A DNA stretch of 64,000 nucleotides from Desulfatiglandales bacterium. Its GTDB lineage: Bacteria > Desulfobacterota > DSM-4660 > Desulfatiglandales > Desulfatiglandaceae. Below, piece by piece: positions 17,652 to 26,050 of this stretch. The stretch lies in contig OY759599.1 in the NCBI GenBank assembly GCA_963662465.1, forward strand, positions 4,992,001 through 5,056,000, given 5' to 3'. The number at the start of each line of letters is the position of its first letter. The first letter of the stretch is position 1. The notes beneath the pieces are model-generated. The model saw nothing but the letters and a program-made list of their open reading frames with translations. It did no database searches and was not told the origin of the DNA. Position numbers and translations under genes: made by a program.

Positions 17652-17686
17652 TCAGTGGTCAGAGATCAGAGGTCAGAAGTCAGTGG
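17652..17686. repeat. heptamer tandem repeat (TCAGnnn)x5
   Basis: tcagtgg tcagaga tcagagg tcagaag tcagtgg in the leuD-ilvB spacer. Confidence 0.8.
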
Positions 17687-17744
17687 CCTCAAAAATCGAA
17701 CCACCCTTTTCTCCAGGAAAATCGATACACAAACCCATGGGAAA

Positions 17745-18245
17745 TTATTTCGAATCCATGGTCGATTTCTTAATGTAATTAACCAAGCCGCCACATTCCA
17801 CAATCTTCTGCATAAAGGACGGCAGGGGCATGGCCTTTATGACCTGGCCGCTTTCTTCACTTCGAATTTCCCCTGAAGCAAGATCGATGCTGACAAGGTC
17901 GCCTTCCGCCATGAGATCAAAGGCGTCCGGCGCTTCCAGAATAGGGAGACCGATGTTAAACGCATTTCGATAAAATATTCTGGCAAAACTTTTGGCGATA
18001 ATACAGTCAATACCCGCCGCCTTTATGGCAATGGGCGCATGTTCCCTGCTGGATCCACAACCGAAATTTTCACCGGCAACCATGATATCGCCTGATTTTA
18101 CCCGTGTGGCGAAATCTGGTCTCAGATCCGCAAAACAGTTTTTTGCCAGTTCGTTTTTGTCCGATACATTCAAAAACCTGGCCGGAATAATCAAATCCGT
18201 ATCGATATGATCCCCAAACTTCCAGACGCTGCCTTTCAATTTCAT
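17745..18245 (-). CDS. leuD: 3-isopropylmalate dehydratase small subunit (short type)
   Basis: IDTDLIIPARFL, NFGCGSSREHA, SFARIFYRNAFNIGL. Confidence 0.95.
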   Translation of the reverse strand: MKLKGSVWKFGDHIDTDLIIPARFLNVSDKNELAKNCFADLRPDFATRVKSGDIMVAGENFGCGSSREHAPIAIKAAGIDCIIAKSFARIFYRNAFNIGLPILEAPDAFDLMAEGDLVSIDLASGEIRSEESGQVIKAMPLPSFMQKIVECGGLVNYIKKSTMDSK

Positions 18246-18303
18246 ATTAGTCCCTTATTTCCAAAAAACCTGTCACAAAAAACAGGAAAGTCATTGACAG
18301 AAC

Positions 18304-18329
18304 AACTTAAAACTTAAAACCTAAAACTT
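18304..18329. repeat. heptamer tandem repeat (AACTTAA)x3.7
   Basis: aacttaa aacttaa aacctaa aactt in the leuC-leuD spacer. Confidence 0.7.
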
Positions 18330-18334
18330 CGATA

Positions 18335-19594
18335 TCAGATCTCTTCCGGGCTGCCGATCCTGCCCAGAATCGCCGAGGCTGCCGCCACTGCCGGTCCCGC
18401 CAGATAGACGTCGCTCTCACTGTGGCCCATACGACCGATAAAATTCCGATTGGTGGTGGAAAGGGCTTTTTCCCCTTTGGCGAGGATTCCCAGATGTCCA
18501 CCCAGGCATGGCCCGCAACTGGGGGGACCAATCACGGCGCCCGCATCAAGCAACGTTTCAAGAATTCCCTCCTTCATGGCTTCCTTGTAAATGGCGGGGG
18601 ACCCCGGTATCACAATAAGCCGGGTTTTTTGAGCCGCAACACGCCCTTTTAAAATTTTAGCCGCCATTCTTAAATCGCTCATTCGTCCGTTGGTACATGA
18701 ACCGATAAAAACCTGATCCAGAGCCACCCTGTCCACGGAAGATACCGGCAATACATTGTCCGGCGAGTGGGGGCAGGCTACCTGAAGGGAAATCTCACTC
18801 ACATCGATCTGAATCGTTTCTTCATACTGGGCATCCGGATCACTATTCCAATAAGTCCATTCCCGATTTGTTCTGCCTTCCAAATAGGATCGCACCCGAT
18901 CATCCGGCTCAAAAATGCCGTTTTTAGCGCCGGCCTCCACGGCCATGTTGGCCATGGTGAACCGATCATCCATGGGAAGATCCGTTATGGCGGAACCGGT
19001 AAACTCCAAGGTCTTGTATCGCGCGCCCTGAACACTCAGTCGGCCGATGGTAAACAGGATCAAGTCTTTTCCGCCAACCCACGGCCCGAGGGTTCCTTCA
19101 TACACCAGTTTGATGGCCTCGGGGACCTTAAGCCAGGTATGACCGGTGGCCATAATCGCCCCCAGATCCGTGCTGCCCACTCCCGCCGAGAAGGCGCCCA
19201 AGGCGCCATAGGTACAGGTATGACTGTCTGCCCCGATCACCAGATCCCCCGGAACCACCAAGCCTTTTTCCGGCAGGATCACATGCTCTATTCCCGCTTC
19301 GCCCACCCTAAAATAGTGTTTGATATCATATTGATAGGCGAACATTTCCATGATTTTGGCCTGTTCCGCGGAAGGAATATCCTTATTGGGAACAAAGTGG
19401 TCCGGTACAAGTGCGATTTTTTCCCGGTCAAAAACATCCGGCATCCCCAATTCATGAAATACCTTAATGGCCAAAGGCGCTGTAATGTCATTGGCCAATG
19501 CGAGATCCACCTGAACCTGGACCAGCTCACCAGGGCAAACAGACTCCTTCCCCGCATGGGCCGCGAGGATCTTTTCCGTGATTGTCATGCTCAT
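18335..19594 (-). CDS. leuC: 3-isopropylmalate dehydratase large subunit
   Basis: GADSHTCTYG, IGSCTNGR, CGPCLG, STTNRNFIGRMG. Confidence 0.95.
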   Translation of the reverse strand: MSMTITEKILAAHAGKESVCPGELVQVQVDLALANDITAPLAIKVFHELGMPDVFDREKIALVPDHFVPNKDIPSAEQAKIMEMFAYQYDIKHYFRVGEAGIEHVILPEKGLVVPGDLVIGADSHTCTYGALGAFSAGVGSTDLGAIMATGHTWLKVPEAIKLVYEGTLGPWVGGKDLILFTIGRLSVQGARYKTLEFTGSAITDLPMDDRFTMANMAVEAGAKNGIFEPDDRVRSYLEGRTNREWTYWNSDPDAQYEETIQIDVSEISLQVACPHSPDNVLPVSSVDRVALDQVFIGSCTNGRMSDLRMAAKILKGRVAAQKTRLIVIPGSPAIYKEAMKEGILETLLDAGAVIGPPSCGPCLGGHLGILAKGEKALSTTNRNFIGRMGHSESDVYLAGPAVAAASAILGRIGSPEEI

Positions 19595-19613
19595 TAAATC
19601 ATTACCTCCTGAG

Positions 19614-19748
19614 CTGTTAGCTGTTAACTGTTAGCTATTAGCCTTGAAATTTTATGGTTCTGCATTACGTACTATTCAATCCATCGGTTATCACCGGCGT
19701 TCCCCGAACGCGTCGGCGTTTTAAGCTAACAGCTAAAAGCTTACAGCT
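19614..19748. repeat. two inverted heptamer arrays: (CTGTTAG)x4 at 19614-19641 and (AGCTAAC)x3.5 at 19724-19748
   Basis: Read directly from the leuA-leuC spacer; the right array overlaps the leuA stop. Confidence 0.75.
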
Positions 19749-21280
19749 TCATTAGGAGACAACCTGGGATTCTGTTTCAGATATTCCAACCGGTTCAATC
19801 CGTTGACAAAGGCTTTTGCACTGGCGGTGATAATATCAGAGTCGGTGCCCTTGCCTAAAGCCACAAGTCCATTCTCCTGCAACCGCGCCGTTACTTCGCC
19901 CTGTGCATCCATTCCGCCGGTAATAGCGTTCACCGAAAACCGCATCAGCCTGGCGGCGCTGCCCGTCATCTTGACAATGGTATTAAAAGCCGCGTCGATG
20001 GGACCCACGCCAAAACCGGCGCTCTGGGCCTCTTCGTCCTTAATTTTCAATCTTACGGTGGCTGTGGGAACCGCGACGGTGCCACTAACCACGTTCAGGT
20101 AAAGAAGTTCATAAACATCGGGAACACGCAGAATTTCCTCGGCCACCAACGCCTCGATATCCTCTTCCAGGATTTCTTTTCGTTTGTCCGCCAATTGCTT
20201 GAATTTTCCAAAAAGGGTGTTCAGTTCCTCTTTTTGTAATTCATAACCCATTTGGCGCAATCTTTCATCGAAGGCGTGTCGACCCGAATGTTTCCCTATG
20301 ACCATGCGGTTGCCAGCAAGCCCTACGGTATCCGGACTCATGATTTCATAGGTCATGGGGTTTTTGAGGACCCCGTCCTGATGGATGCCGGCTTCATGGG
20401 CAAAGGCGTTGGCCCCCACAATGGCTTTGTTGGGTTGCACCACGATGCCCGTAATCATAGAAACCAGACGGCTGGTAGGATGAATCTCCCGAGTATTGAT
20501 GCCGGTGGTCAAAGCCATCCGATCCCGCCGGGTAAAAAGAGTCATCACCATCTCTTCCAGTGAGGTATTGCCGGCACGTTCCCCAATGCCGTTGATGGTG
20601 ACCTCCGCCTGCCGGGCCCCGGCTTTAATGCCCGCCAGGGTATTGGCCGTGGCAAGCCCCAGGTCATTGTGGCAGTGGACACTCATGACGGCCTGGTGGA
20701 TATTGGGCGTATGCGCCCGAACATAAGAGATCAATGCGCTGAACTCTTCGGGAACCGTATAGCCTACCGTGTCGGGAAGGTTGATGGTAGTGGCGCCGGC
20801 CGCGATCACGGCCTCAAATATTCGGCAAAGAAAATCCCGATCCGACCGGGTGCCGTCCTCGGTTGAAAATTCCACACTGTCACAGAGGCTTCTGGCGTAT
20901 TTAACGCTTTCAACCGCTTCGCGCACAACCTCATCACGGCTCATTTTCAGTTTGTATTTCAGATGGATATCGGAAGTAGCAATAAAGGTGTGGATCCTTG
21001 GATGAGCCGCTTCACGAACCGCCGCCCATGCCTGGTCAATATCATTTTTGGCGGTTCTGGCGAGGCCCGCTATCTCCACATTTCTGATTTTTCCGGCGAT
21101 CATTTGAACCGATTCAAAATCCCCCGGAGACGAGGCTGGAAAACCCGCCTCCATCACATCCACCCCGAGCTTCTCCAGCTGTTTGGCGATTCGCAATTTT
21201 TCGGCGCTGTTCATGCTGGCGCCGGGGGACTGTTCCCCGTCCCTCAAGGTGGTATCAAAAAAAATAACACGATCTTCCAT
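19733..21280 (-). CDS. leuA: 2-isopropylmalate synthase
   Basis: DTTLRDGEQSPG, HCHNDLGLA, NGIGERAGN, HEAGIHQDG and a C-terminal regulatory domain. Confidence 0.95.
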   Translation of the reverse strand: MEDRVIFFDTTLRDGEQSPGASMNSAEKLRIAKQLEKLGVDVMEAGFPASSPGDFESVQMIAGKIRNVEIAGLARTAKNDIDQAWAAVREAAHPRIHTFIATSDIHLKYKLKMSRDEVVREAVESVKYARSLCDSVEFSTEDGTRSDRDFLCRIFEAVIAAGATTINLPDTVGYTVPEEFSALISYVRAHTPNIHQAVMSVHCHNDLGLATANTLAGIKAGARQAEVTINGIGERAGNTSLEEMVMTLFTRRDRMALTTGINTREIHPTSRLVSMITGIVVQPNKAIVGANAFAHEAGIHQDGVLKNPMTYEIMSPDTVGLAGNRMVIGKHSGRHAFDERLRQMGYELQKEELNTLFGKFKQLADKRKEILEEDIEALVAEEILRVPDVYELLYLNVVSGTVAVPTATVRLKIKDEEAQSAGFGVGPIDAAFNTIVKMTGSAARLMRFSVNAITGGMDAQGEVTARLQENGLVALGKGTDSDIITASAKAFVNGLNRLEYLKQNPRLSPNEAVSF

Positions 21281-21325
21281 TGACTTTTGCTCCTTAATAA
21301 AGAAACGTCGGTAAAAAATTATCTT

Positions 21326-22900
21326 TTAGGGTTTATTTAATTCTTTCAGCAGTTTGTACTGAACACTATCCACCAGGGCCTGCCAACTGGCCTCAATAAC
21401 ATTTTCCGATACCCCGATGGTGGACCAGATCTCACGGGAATCCCTTGATTCAATCTGGACCCGGACTTTGGCCGCGGTAGCATCGCCCCCGTCAATAACG
21501 CGTACTTTAAAGTCCACCAGGGCCATTTCACTGATCTGGGGGAAAAACTTGCTCAGCGCTTTTCTGAGCGCATTGTCAAGGGCATTAACCGGGCCTTCAC
21601 CCTCAGCAGCGGTGATCTCATGTTCATCTCCCACTGCGATTTTAATGGTCGCCTGCGATGTACTGGCTTTATCACCATCCTTTTCAGTGGTCACCCGCAA
21701 CGATTCCAAAACAAAAGGCTCATCAAACTGGCCCGTCACCTTCTTGATCAACAGTTCCAATGACCCTTCAGCCGCATCAAACTGGTAGCCCTCGTCTTCC
21801 AGCCGTTTGATTTCACGAACAATTTTTTCACTTCCATAACCGTTGCCGCCCAACTTAATCCCCATTTCACGGGACTTGAAATCGATATTGCTCTTGCCTG
21901 AAAGGTCCGACACCAGAACACGCCGACGATTGCCCACCTGTTCGGGAGGAATATGCTCATAGGCTTCGGGGAGTTTCAATATGGCGCTCACATGCACCCC
22001 ACCCTTGTGGGCAAAAGCGCTTTTCCCCACAAAAGGACGGTGATTCAGGGGGGGGACATTGGCAACTTCACTCACAAAACGCGAAAGCTCCGTCAATTGC
22101 CTGAGACTTTCATCTGAAACGCATTTTTTGCCCATTTTAAAATGGAGGTTGCCCATAACCGATATGAGGTCGGCATTGCCACAGCGCTCCCCATAACCAT
22201 TGATAGTACCCTGGACCATGCTTCCCCCTTCCTGAACCGACACCAGCGAATTGGCAAGGGCCAGACCGCAGTCATTATGCGCATGAATTCCCAATGGCAC
22301 AGCTAATCGTGTTTTGACCTCCTTCATAATGGTTTCCACGTCACAGGGCAGGGTCCCCCCGTTGGTATCGCACAATACAATAAAGTCGGCGCCTCCCGCT
22401 TCAGCCGCTTTGATGGCACTAAGCGCATAAGCCCGATTCCGTTTATATCCGTCAAAAAAATGCTCCGCATCGAAAATAACCTGTCGGTCTTCATTTTTCA
22501 GGCAGGCGACCGTATCTTCAATCATGGCCAAATTTTCGTCCAGGGAAACACCCAGAATCCGAGACGCATGGAGGTCCCAGGTTTTCCCAAAAATGGTGAG
22601 GGTCTCCGCTTCGGTTTTTAAAAGGGCGCGAACATTATCGTCATCTTCCGGTTTTATCCGGGGACGCCGCGTGCTGCCAAAAGCGGTCAGGCGGGCAATG
22701 CGAAAGTTGATTTGTTTTGCCATTTCGAAAAAACGTTCGTCCTTTGGGTTACTGCCGGGCCAGCCGCCTTCAATATAATGAATACCGAAGTCATCGAGCT
22801 TCCGAGCGATTCTCAGCTTATCTTCCGCTGAAAGATTCACCTGTTCACCCTGTGTACCGTCGCGTAGGGTCGTGTCATAGATAAAGATGTCTTTGGCCAT
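21326..22900 (-). CDS. cimA: citramalate synthase
   Basis: YDTTLRDGTQGE, EGGWPGSNPKD, DAEHFFDG, HKGGVHVSA, YEHI and GYQFDAAEGS are CimA-type signatures. Confidence 0.9.
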   Translation of the reverse strand: MAKDIFIYDTTLRDGTQGEQVNLSAEDKLRIARKLDDFGIHYIEGGWPGSNPKDERFFEMAKQINFRIARLTAFGSTRRPRIKPEDDDNVRALLKTEAETLTIFGKTWDLHASRILGVSLDENLAMIEDTVACLKNEDRQVIFDAEHFFDGYKRNRAYALSAIKAAEAGGADFIVLCDTNGGTLPCDVETIMKEVKTRLAVPLGIHAHNDCGLALANSLVSVQEGGSMVQGTINGYGERCGNADLISVMGNLHFKMGKKCVSDESLRQLTELSRFVSEVANVPPLNHRPFVGKSAFAHKGGVHVSAILKLPEAYEHIPPEQVGNRRRVLVSDLSGKSNIDFKSREMGIKLGGNGYGSEKIVREIKRLEDEGYQFDAAEGSLELLIKKVTGQFDEPFVLESLRVTTEKDGDKASTSQATIKIAVGDEHEITAAEGEGPVNALDNALRKALSKFFPQISEMALVDFKVRVIDGGDATAAKVRVQIESRDSREIWSTIGVSENVIEASWQALVDSVQYKLLKELNKP

Positions 22901-22955
22901 TCTTTTTCTCCAATATCATTCGGGACTAAATGCCCCGATATTTCGGCTTTCCGGC

Positions 22956-22990
22956 AAAAAAAAACCGTTATCAGGAAGACCTGATAACGG
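22956..22990 (-). terminator. attenuator terminator upstream of cimA
   Basis: Perfect 11-bp stem CCGTTATCAGG-TCTT-CCTGATAACGG followed by T9. Confidence 0.9.
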
Positions 22991-23015
22991 CTGGGGGAAA
23001 ATCTGTTTGGGGCTG

Positions 23016-23147
23016 CTACGTCATTATCAGGTCCTGGCTTTTGGTTTTCGCAACCAAAAGAAGAAGAAGAAGAAGAAGAAGCAACAAGGATACGAGAATC
23101 CCTGCTGCGCTGATAATGGCGATAATGCTGTTGGGTGTCGAAATCAT
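23016..23147 (-). CDS. Leu/Ile-rich attenuation leader peptide (43 aa)
   Basis: Translated by hand as MISTPNSIIAIISAAGILVS-L11-VAKTKSQDLIMT*; lies between the promoter and the terminator. Confidence 0.85.
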   Translation of the reverse strand: MISTPNSIIAIISAAGILVSLLLLLLLLLLLVAKTKSQDLIMT

Positions 23148-23194
23148 TTTATAAATACAGTGCCTAAAAAGTCGAGCGTTTCTATAAAGGGGAA

Positions 23195-23223
23195 CTTATA
23201 TGCCAAAAAAATTTTCTTGTCAA
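23195..23223 (-). promoter_or_regulatory. sigma70 promoter of the leader-cimA-leu-ilv operon
   Basis: TTGACA-17 nt-TATAAG on the minus strand. Confidence 0.75.
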
Positions 23224-23255
23224 GTACTTTTTTTCATCTCTTTACTCAGACCGGA

Positions 23256-23422
23256 TCAGCCCGTTTTTCCAGTCAGCGCCACCACCGGTTGGCGAAGCCT
23301 TGCCGACAACTGAAACAACAGCTTTGTCGCCACCTGATTGACCTCCATGACCAACCCATAGGTTTGAGCTGTTCGCAGAAAGGCCGCTCCACCAGATCGT
23401 ATTCCCATTGGATATTGCTCAT
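23256..23422 (-). pseudogene. remnant resembling the N-terminus of type I restriction subunit HsdR
   Basis: ATG 23422 gives MSNIQWEYDLVERPFCEQLKPMGW; MEVNQVATKLL follows in another frame. It follows rhuM, a frequent type I R-M neighbour. Confidence 0.5.
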
Positions 23423-24040
23423 GATTCAGCCTCGTCCTTATCCACGGATTCCGCAGATTCACGCTGATTTTGGGGTATGTTCAGATCAATTTGTTTCAGC
23501 ATCCTGTCGAAGTCGCTTTCAAACAGCCGGTCCTGAACAATACGGTATTTCTCAAATGCTGAGCCGAATTTCCCGGATTTCTTCCAGCAGACGTTCATAG
23601 TAGTCCTCGCCCAGGAATGTGCCGTTTTCCATGCGCTTTTTATCCAGCACATAGCCCTTGACGGCAAATTCCCGCAACACGCGGGTAGCCCACTGGCGGA
23701 ATTGCGTCGCCCGCACTGAATTGACTCGGTAGCCCACGGATATGATGGCATCCAGATTGTAAAAATCGACATCGCGGGCAACCTGTCGTGTACCTTCCTG
23801 CTGAACTATTCGAAATTTTCGAATAGTTGCCTCCGGATGCATCTCTCCGCTTTCATAGACCTCTTTCAGATGGTAATTGATCGTGTTGACGCCCACATCG
23901 AACAATGTGGCCATCAGTTTCTAAGATAGCCAGATGGTTTCATCCTCATACCGAGCCTCAATGCTCTGACCTCCCGCCTGACCGGTGAAAATGAGAAACT
24001 CCGCCGTGCTGTTGCGGATCAGTTGCTTTTTCTCTTTCAT
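23419..24040 (-). pseudogene. rhuM: virulence RhuM-family gene, inactivated
   Basis: LIRNSTAEFLIF...ETIWLS*KLMATLFDV (TAG at 23921-23923) and YNLDAIISVGYRVNSVRATQFRQWAT. It then jumps out of frame from EIREIRLS to the C-terminal FEKYRIVQDRLFESDFD. Confidence 0.85.
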
Positions 24041-24344
24041 ACCCCACCATCTCCTTCCATAAGGGTTTCAGGAACAAAGAACTCATAATGGAAATCTGAA
24101 TTTTCATAGAAAAACATCCTCCCGACCCATTTGAGTTTTGCCTGTTTTGACACTTAATTCCAAGGGATATACCTGCATTCGCTTATAAAGAAACACACCC
24201 GAAGTCAAGGCAATGGTTTATTGTTGGAAAACATGATATAATGAAGAATATTTTTTTAAACTTTTTATCTATTGCAGTGTAAGCTGAAAATTGCAATCTT
24301 TTAAAATTTCAAATGTCTTTGGGTAGATTTTAAGAAATAAAAAA

Positions 24345-26033
24345 ATGAAAATATTACTCATATATCCTTATTTTGTTGAAGCCAGGGTCCATGAAGAAGA
24401 GGTGGGCGTTCCGCCCATGGGTCTCTTTTATGTGGGGGCTGTCCTGAAGGAAAGCGGCTATGACGTGGAAATCCTGGATTGGCACCATTTGACCAAATCA
24501 CCGGATGTTATAGCGGCGGCGTTAAAAGAAAAAAACCCCGGCGTAATCGGATTTTCAGTACTTCAAGCGAACCGCTGGGGGGCCATTGAGATTGCGCAAT
24601 CGGCCAAAGCAATCAATCCCTCGGTCACAATCGTTTTTGGCGGCATCGGCGCCACTTTCCTGTGGAAGCACTTCCTCACCCACTTTGAGGCTGTGGACTT
24701 CTGTGTTCTGGGGGAAGGGGAATATCCCTTCCTGAATCTGGTGCAAGCCCTTGAGAAAAATTCGCCCAAAAACCTGAAAGACATAAAAGGCATCGCCTTC
24801 AGGTCTCCAAAGGGCCCCATAAAAACAGATGATGCCGAACCGATCGAAAACCTGGATCATCTGCCCATCCCATCAACCTATTTCGATTATCAGCATGTCA
24901 CCTCTACCCGAGGCTGCACGGGTAATTGCACTTTCTGCGGCTCACCTCAGTTCTGGGGCCGTAAAGTTCGTTTTCATTCTCCGCGCTATTTTGTGGAACA
25001 GTTGACGCGCCTTTATAACAGGGGGATTACATTTTTCTATTTTTCAGATGATACGTTCATGCTCAAAAAAAAGCGCGTGATTGAAATCTGCCAAAAAATC
25101 ATTGACCGAGGGCTTAACATTTCCTGGTTTGCCATCTCCCGGGTGGATCTGGTGGACGAAGAAGTTCTGGTTTGGATGAGAAAGGCAGGCTGCACTCAGA
25201 TCAGCTACGGGGTGGAGAGTGGTTCTGAAAAAATAAGGAATTTTCTGAACAAAAACATTCAAACACAACAGATCAAAAAAGCGTTTAAGATAACACAGCA
25301 ATATGGCATTTTGGCACGCGCCTATTTCATTTACGGTTCCCCGGGCGAAAATCGGCGCACCATTCAGGACTCCATCGACCTCATCCATGAAATAAAACCG
25401 CTGAGCGCCATTTTTTACATTCTGGACATTTTCCCCGGTACAACCCTTTATGACAATTTTTTGAAACAATCCGGGCTTACAGATGACATATGGCTCAAAA
25501 AGATTGAAGATATCCTGTACTTTGAAACGGATCCCAGGTTATCCCAGGAATTGCTCCTTGCTTTCGGCAAAGAACTTCGAACGGCATTTCATGAAGCGGT
25601 TTCAGGCTTTGCAAAAAACATTGAACTCACAGACCGGAAGGATTTTCGTCGCCTGAACGCTGATTTTCTTTCCAGGTTGGCCATGACCTTCAGTCATGGA
25701 GACTATGCGAAAATTGAAAGTATTCCCGATAAACAAGAAACAGCGGAAAACCTATATAAAAGGTCCCTGGATTATGCACCCAATGATCGGGCCTACCTGG
25801 GATTGGGAATGATTAAGCAGAATGAAAGGGCCTTTGATGAATCCATTGCCTTTCTTAAGGAAGGGGTACGGTTATTCCCTGGAAATGATCAACTGAAACT
25901 CTGCCAGGGGATCAGTCACATGAACCTGAGGGAGTTCCAAACAGCACTTGGCTGTTTTGCGGGGATACGGGATTCAAAACAAGCGGAACCCTACAAAGAG
26001 GCATGTTACAAAGCGCTTGAGATAAGAAAGTGA
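24345..26033 (+). CDS. B12-binding-domain radical SAM protein with C-terminal TPR
   Basis: PPMGL..V, VFGGIGAT, GEGE, TRGCTGNCTFC (CxxxCxxC), YGVESGS; TPR-like tail. Confidence 0.9.
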   Translation: MKILLIYPYFVEARVHEEEVGVPPMGLFYVGAVLKESGYDVEILDWHHLTKSPDVIAAALKEKNPGVIGFSVLQANRWGAIEIAQSAKAINPSVTIVFGGIGATFLWKHFLTHFEAVDFCVLGEGEYPFLNLVQALEKNSPKNLKDIKGIAFRSPKGPIKTDDAEPIENLDHLPIPSTYFDYQHVTSTRGCTGNCTFCGSPQFWGRKVRFHSPRYFVEQLTRLYNRGITFFYFSDDTFMLKKKRVIEICQKIIDRGLNISWFAISRVDLVDEEVLVWMRKAGCTQISYGVESGSEKIRNFLNKNIQTQQIKKAFKITQQYGILARAYFIYGSPGENRRTIQDSIDLIHEIKPLSAIFYILDIFPGTTLYDNFLKQSGLTDDIWLKKIEDILYFETDPRLSQELLLAFGKELRTAFHEAVSGFAKNIELTDRKDFRRLNADFLSRLAMTFSHGDYAKIESIPDKQETAENLYKRSLDYAPNDRAYLGLGMIKQNERAFDESIAFLKEGVRLFPGNDQLKLCQGISHMNLREFQTALGCFAGIRDSKQAEPYKEACYKALEIRK

Positions 26034-26050
26034 AATACAGGCTTAACCAA

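Noticed and set aside
22887..23600. 237-aa and 74-aa plus-strand ORFs with poly-Lys or poly-Arg
   Set aside because: These runs are the antisense reading of the (CTT)n leucine codons of the attenuator leader.
23921..23923. In-frame TAG in rhuM as a possible pyrrolysine or read-through site
   Set aside because: The position corresponds to Gln in the WLSQK motif, and the gene also has an out-of-frame deletion, so it is a pseudogene.
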